DNA of 28,319 nucleotides from Bacteroidales bacterium (GTDB lineage Bacteria; Bacteroidota; Bacteroidia; Bacteroidales; CAIWKO01): NCBI GenBank assembly GCA_035389045.1, contig DAOORA010000012.1, positions 62,001 to 90,319 of the forward strand, read 5' to 3'. Shown piece by piece: positions 26,005 to 28,319 of this stretch (position 1 is its first letter; each line of letters starts with the position of its first letter). The notes under the pieces were generated by a model. It saw only the letters and a program-made list of their open reading frames with translations, ran no database searches and was not told where the DNA came from. The position numbers and the translations under genes were made by a program.

Positions 26005-28319
26005 ATGAAAAAAATATTCCAAATGAATGTTATTCAGTCACAAATGCTCAAAACAGTACTAATTTCATTACTGTTTTTTGCTTTTACCGGCAGCCGTTAC
26101 GTTTCGGCTCAGACATCGCAACCGACCGTGATACCGGCAGGTTCTTTTATCATCAACATGGGTATTGTCCCGCAGACGGTGGCAAACGGCCTGAAACCCT
26201 ACGGGCTTATTTATGCATTGTTGCAGAGCAAATGTCCCGTAGACTGGGTGATCAATCAGAGCAAAACAAAAGATGGAATTGATTTTACATACAACGGTGT
26301 AGGATATAAAGGCGGGCCTTTTATTATTCAGGCGCCCTACCGCACAGCCGCCGTGAATTCCATCATTTCGACATGGCAGTCGTATGGCGTTGTGGGCATC
26401 ACAACAACATCCCCGGTTACCGTGCCGCTTTATTGTACGTTCTGGAATCTGCCCAAATGGACGCTGGACAAGCAAAACGGTTCGATAGCGGTGAATTTCT
26501 TCAACTATGCCGGTATACCTTCAACAGCTTATGGCGGATCATCATCCACTTACTGGAAATTACCCTCTCAACTGAACTGTTGTGACGACATTTTTGTAAT
26601 GCCCCATGCCGATCCCATCTGGTCAACCCACAGGCATCTCTACGAATGGATGGCTGTTTCCGGTGACGGTATCGCCTCGGGCTGCAAAGGAGGTATATGG
26701 CTTGGATGCCATGCCGGCAGCGCTCTGATGAACATGTTCGACAACATCACCACCGACGGCGATCCTATTGACAACACCCAACAGACTAACCTGATGGTCG
26801 GAAAAACCGGACCCGCTGCCGGAGCAGGTCCCTGGAGCGATCCCGGCAATTCAATACTTCTCTGGGGCGACCATGATGACGGTACACCGCCATATGCATA
26901 TGATTATCCCGGAGAATCAGTCATGCAGTTCATGGGAACCATAGATGCCGCGCAGCAGAACGGCTCCGAACAGATATACATTCCTGTAGGCGGTGCCGCA
27001 GGCTGGAATACCAACACCCATGTGGGTGTTTATGATCCCGACCATCCGGAACGCTATAACCTTTCGAATGATATACAATACCGTGCCGCAACGCTGGCCT
27101 ACGGACCAGGATATGGCATAGAAGGCAACGGCAAGGTCATGCTCGAAGCATCTCACAACATCAGCGGAACAGGCACGGCCAATGTAGCTGCACAACGGGC
27201 ATTCTTCAATTATTGCCTGCAGGTGATGTGGGAAAAAGCTGTACTGCCCGAATTGTCAGGCTTGCCCGACACCATATACAGCGGCAATTCATATAACATG
27301 GGGTACAATTTGTACTTCAATACGCCGGGAGGATCATACACCCTGCAAAGTATCCAATGGTCGTCGTCCTGTGGCGGCGCCTGGAATACCAGTACCAGCA
27401 ACCCGACTACTTTTATTGCTCCGACAGTAGCATCACCACAACCCTGCAACATCTCCGTAACCATCACCGATGCCTGCGGACGACAAACCTTCGACACGCA
27501 CCAGGCTATATTGGCGCCTTGTAACCTTCAGTCTACAAAAACCGTCACACCAGTTTCCTGCAATGGCGGATCCGATGGTTCAATCAACATAACTTGTGCA
27601 GCCTGGGCTTCGCCTTACAACTGGACATGGTCGCGCACCAACCCGACAGGCGGGCCGGTCAGCGGAACCGGAACAAGCATAAGCGGACTTTCCGCCGGAA
27701 CGTATTCGGTAAGCATTTCCAATACGTCGCCATCATGCGCGGGCGCACTTAGTGCAGTAATCGCACAACCTGCACCTCTCACAACAAATACCACGGTTAC
27801 AAGCCCTCCTTGTAATGGCGGAAATGGTAGTATTAACCTCTCTGTTTCAGGAGGCACACCACCCTTTAGTTTCATGTGGTCAAATGCAGCTACTACAGAA
27901 GATCTCAGCAATATCCCCGCGGGTACCTATTACGTTACCGTTACGGATGCAAAAAGCTGCACAGCCCTTGACACCGCTGTTCTTACCCAGCCCGCTACAG
28001 GCTTAACAGTAACAGGCACCACCACCGATGTCAGCTGTTATGGCGGCACCAGCGGCGCTATCAATATCACGGTCAGCGGCGGAACGGCTCCTTACACCTA
28101 CGACTGGGGAGGCGGCGTGACCACAGAAGATCGTAGCGGCCTGACGGCAGGCAGTTATAATGTAATGGTAAGCGATGCTAACGGCTGTAAAGGCAATGCT
28201 TCGTTTACCATTACACAACCCACAGCCATTAACCTGAGTGTTTCTGTTATCAATCCCACATGCGCGGATATCAACCCGCCAATTTATTCCATTTATGATG
28301 GCATGATTGACCTGACAGT
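26005..28319 (+). CDS. Large secreted SprB-repeat protein, probably T9SS cargo (runs off the right edge, at least 771 aa)
   Basis: Not in the ORF track because there is no stop in the window. The frame reads MKKIFQMNVIQSQMLKTVLISLLFFAFTGSRYVSAQ, then a ~380-aa globular domain (GSFIINMG...NGLKPYGLIY...MPHADP...LGCHAGS), a PKD/Ig-like segment and SprB repeats (VSCNGGSDGSINIT, GGTPPFSFMWSN, GLTAGSYNVMVSDANGC). An in-frame upstream ATG exists at 25873. Confidence 0.9.
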   Translation, partial: MKKIFQMNVIQSQMLKTVLISLLFFAFTGSRYVSAQTSQPTVIPAGSFIINMGIVPQTVANGLKPYGLIYALLQSKCPVDWVINQSKTKDGIDFTYNGVGYKGGPFIIQAPYRTAAVNSIISTWQSYGVVGITTTSPVTVPLYCTFWNLPKWTLDKQNGSIAVNFFNYAGIPSTAYGGSSSTYWKLPSQLNCCDDIFVMPHADPIWSTHRHLYEWMAVSGDGIASGCKGGIWLGCHAGSALMNMFDNITTDGDPIDNTQQTNLMVGKTGPAAGAGPWSDPGNSILLWGDHDDGTPPYAYDYPGESVMQFMGTIDAAQQNGSEQIYIPVGGAAGWNTNTHVGVYDPDHPERYNLSNDIQYRAATLAYGPGYGIEGNGKVMLEASHNISGTGTANVAAQRAFFNYCLQVMWEKAVLPELSGLPDTIYSGNSYNMGYNLYFNTPGGSYTLQSIQWSSSCGGAWNTSTSNPTTFIAPTVASPQPCNISVTITDACGRQTFDTHQAILAPCNLQSTKTVTPVSCNGGSDGSINITCAAWASPYNWTWSRTNPTGGPVSGTGTSISGLSAGTYSVSISNTSPSCAGALSAVIAQPAPLTTNTTVTSPPCNGGNGSINLSVSGGTPPFSFMWSNAATTEDLSNIPAGTYYVTVTDAKSCTALDTAVLTQPATGLTVTGTTTDVSCYGGTSGAINITVSGGTAPYTYDWGGGVTTEDRSGLTAGSYNVMVSDANGCKGNASFTITQPTAINLSVSVINPTCADINPPIYSIYDGMIDLT

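Noticed and set aside
26068..28218. Multiple short ORFs in the track, mostly on the - strand
   Set aside because: They are antisense or off-frame shadows of the continuous + strand ORF from 26005.

Overview
A Bacteroidota (Bacteroidales-like) chromosomal window, judged from repeated TAnnTTTG -7 promoter boxes, A-rich starts without Shine-Dalgarno sequences, a GldK/J-like gene and T9SS cargo. The left 13 kb is mostly housekeeping and envelope genes: truncated typA, a non-catalytic FGE/GldK-like protein, a small ORF resembling eukaryotic PHPT1/Janus phosphohistidine phosphatase, two GT-C membrane glycosyltransferases (one TMTC-like with TPRs), an LTA-synthase-family sulfatase, a FabH-like enzyme, RecQ-family helicase, YigZ and parE. 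The middle holds an AmmeMemoRadiSam radical SAM gene with a Tat signal, overlapping a gene for an exported CxxCH protein. Next comes about 1 kb of nested palindromic elements and an AT-rich type II restriction-modification pair. That pair is bracketed by direct copies of a structured ~100-112 bp repeat (three in tandem on the left, one on the right). The right end has two large divergent secreted proteins separated by 1.6 kb of AT-rich DNA containing a MITE-like element. The best candidates for new biology are the PHPT1-like protein, the Tat radical SAM plus cytochrome pair, and the repeat-bracketed R-M cassette. All family assignments come from motif recognition by eye; no database search was run.
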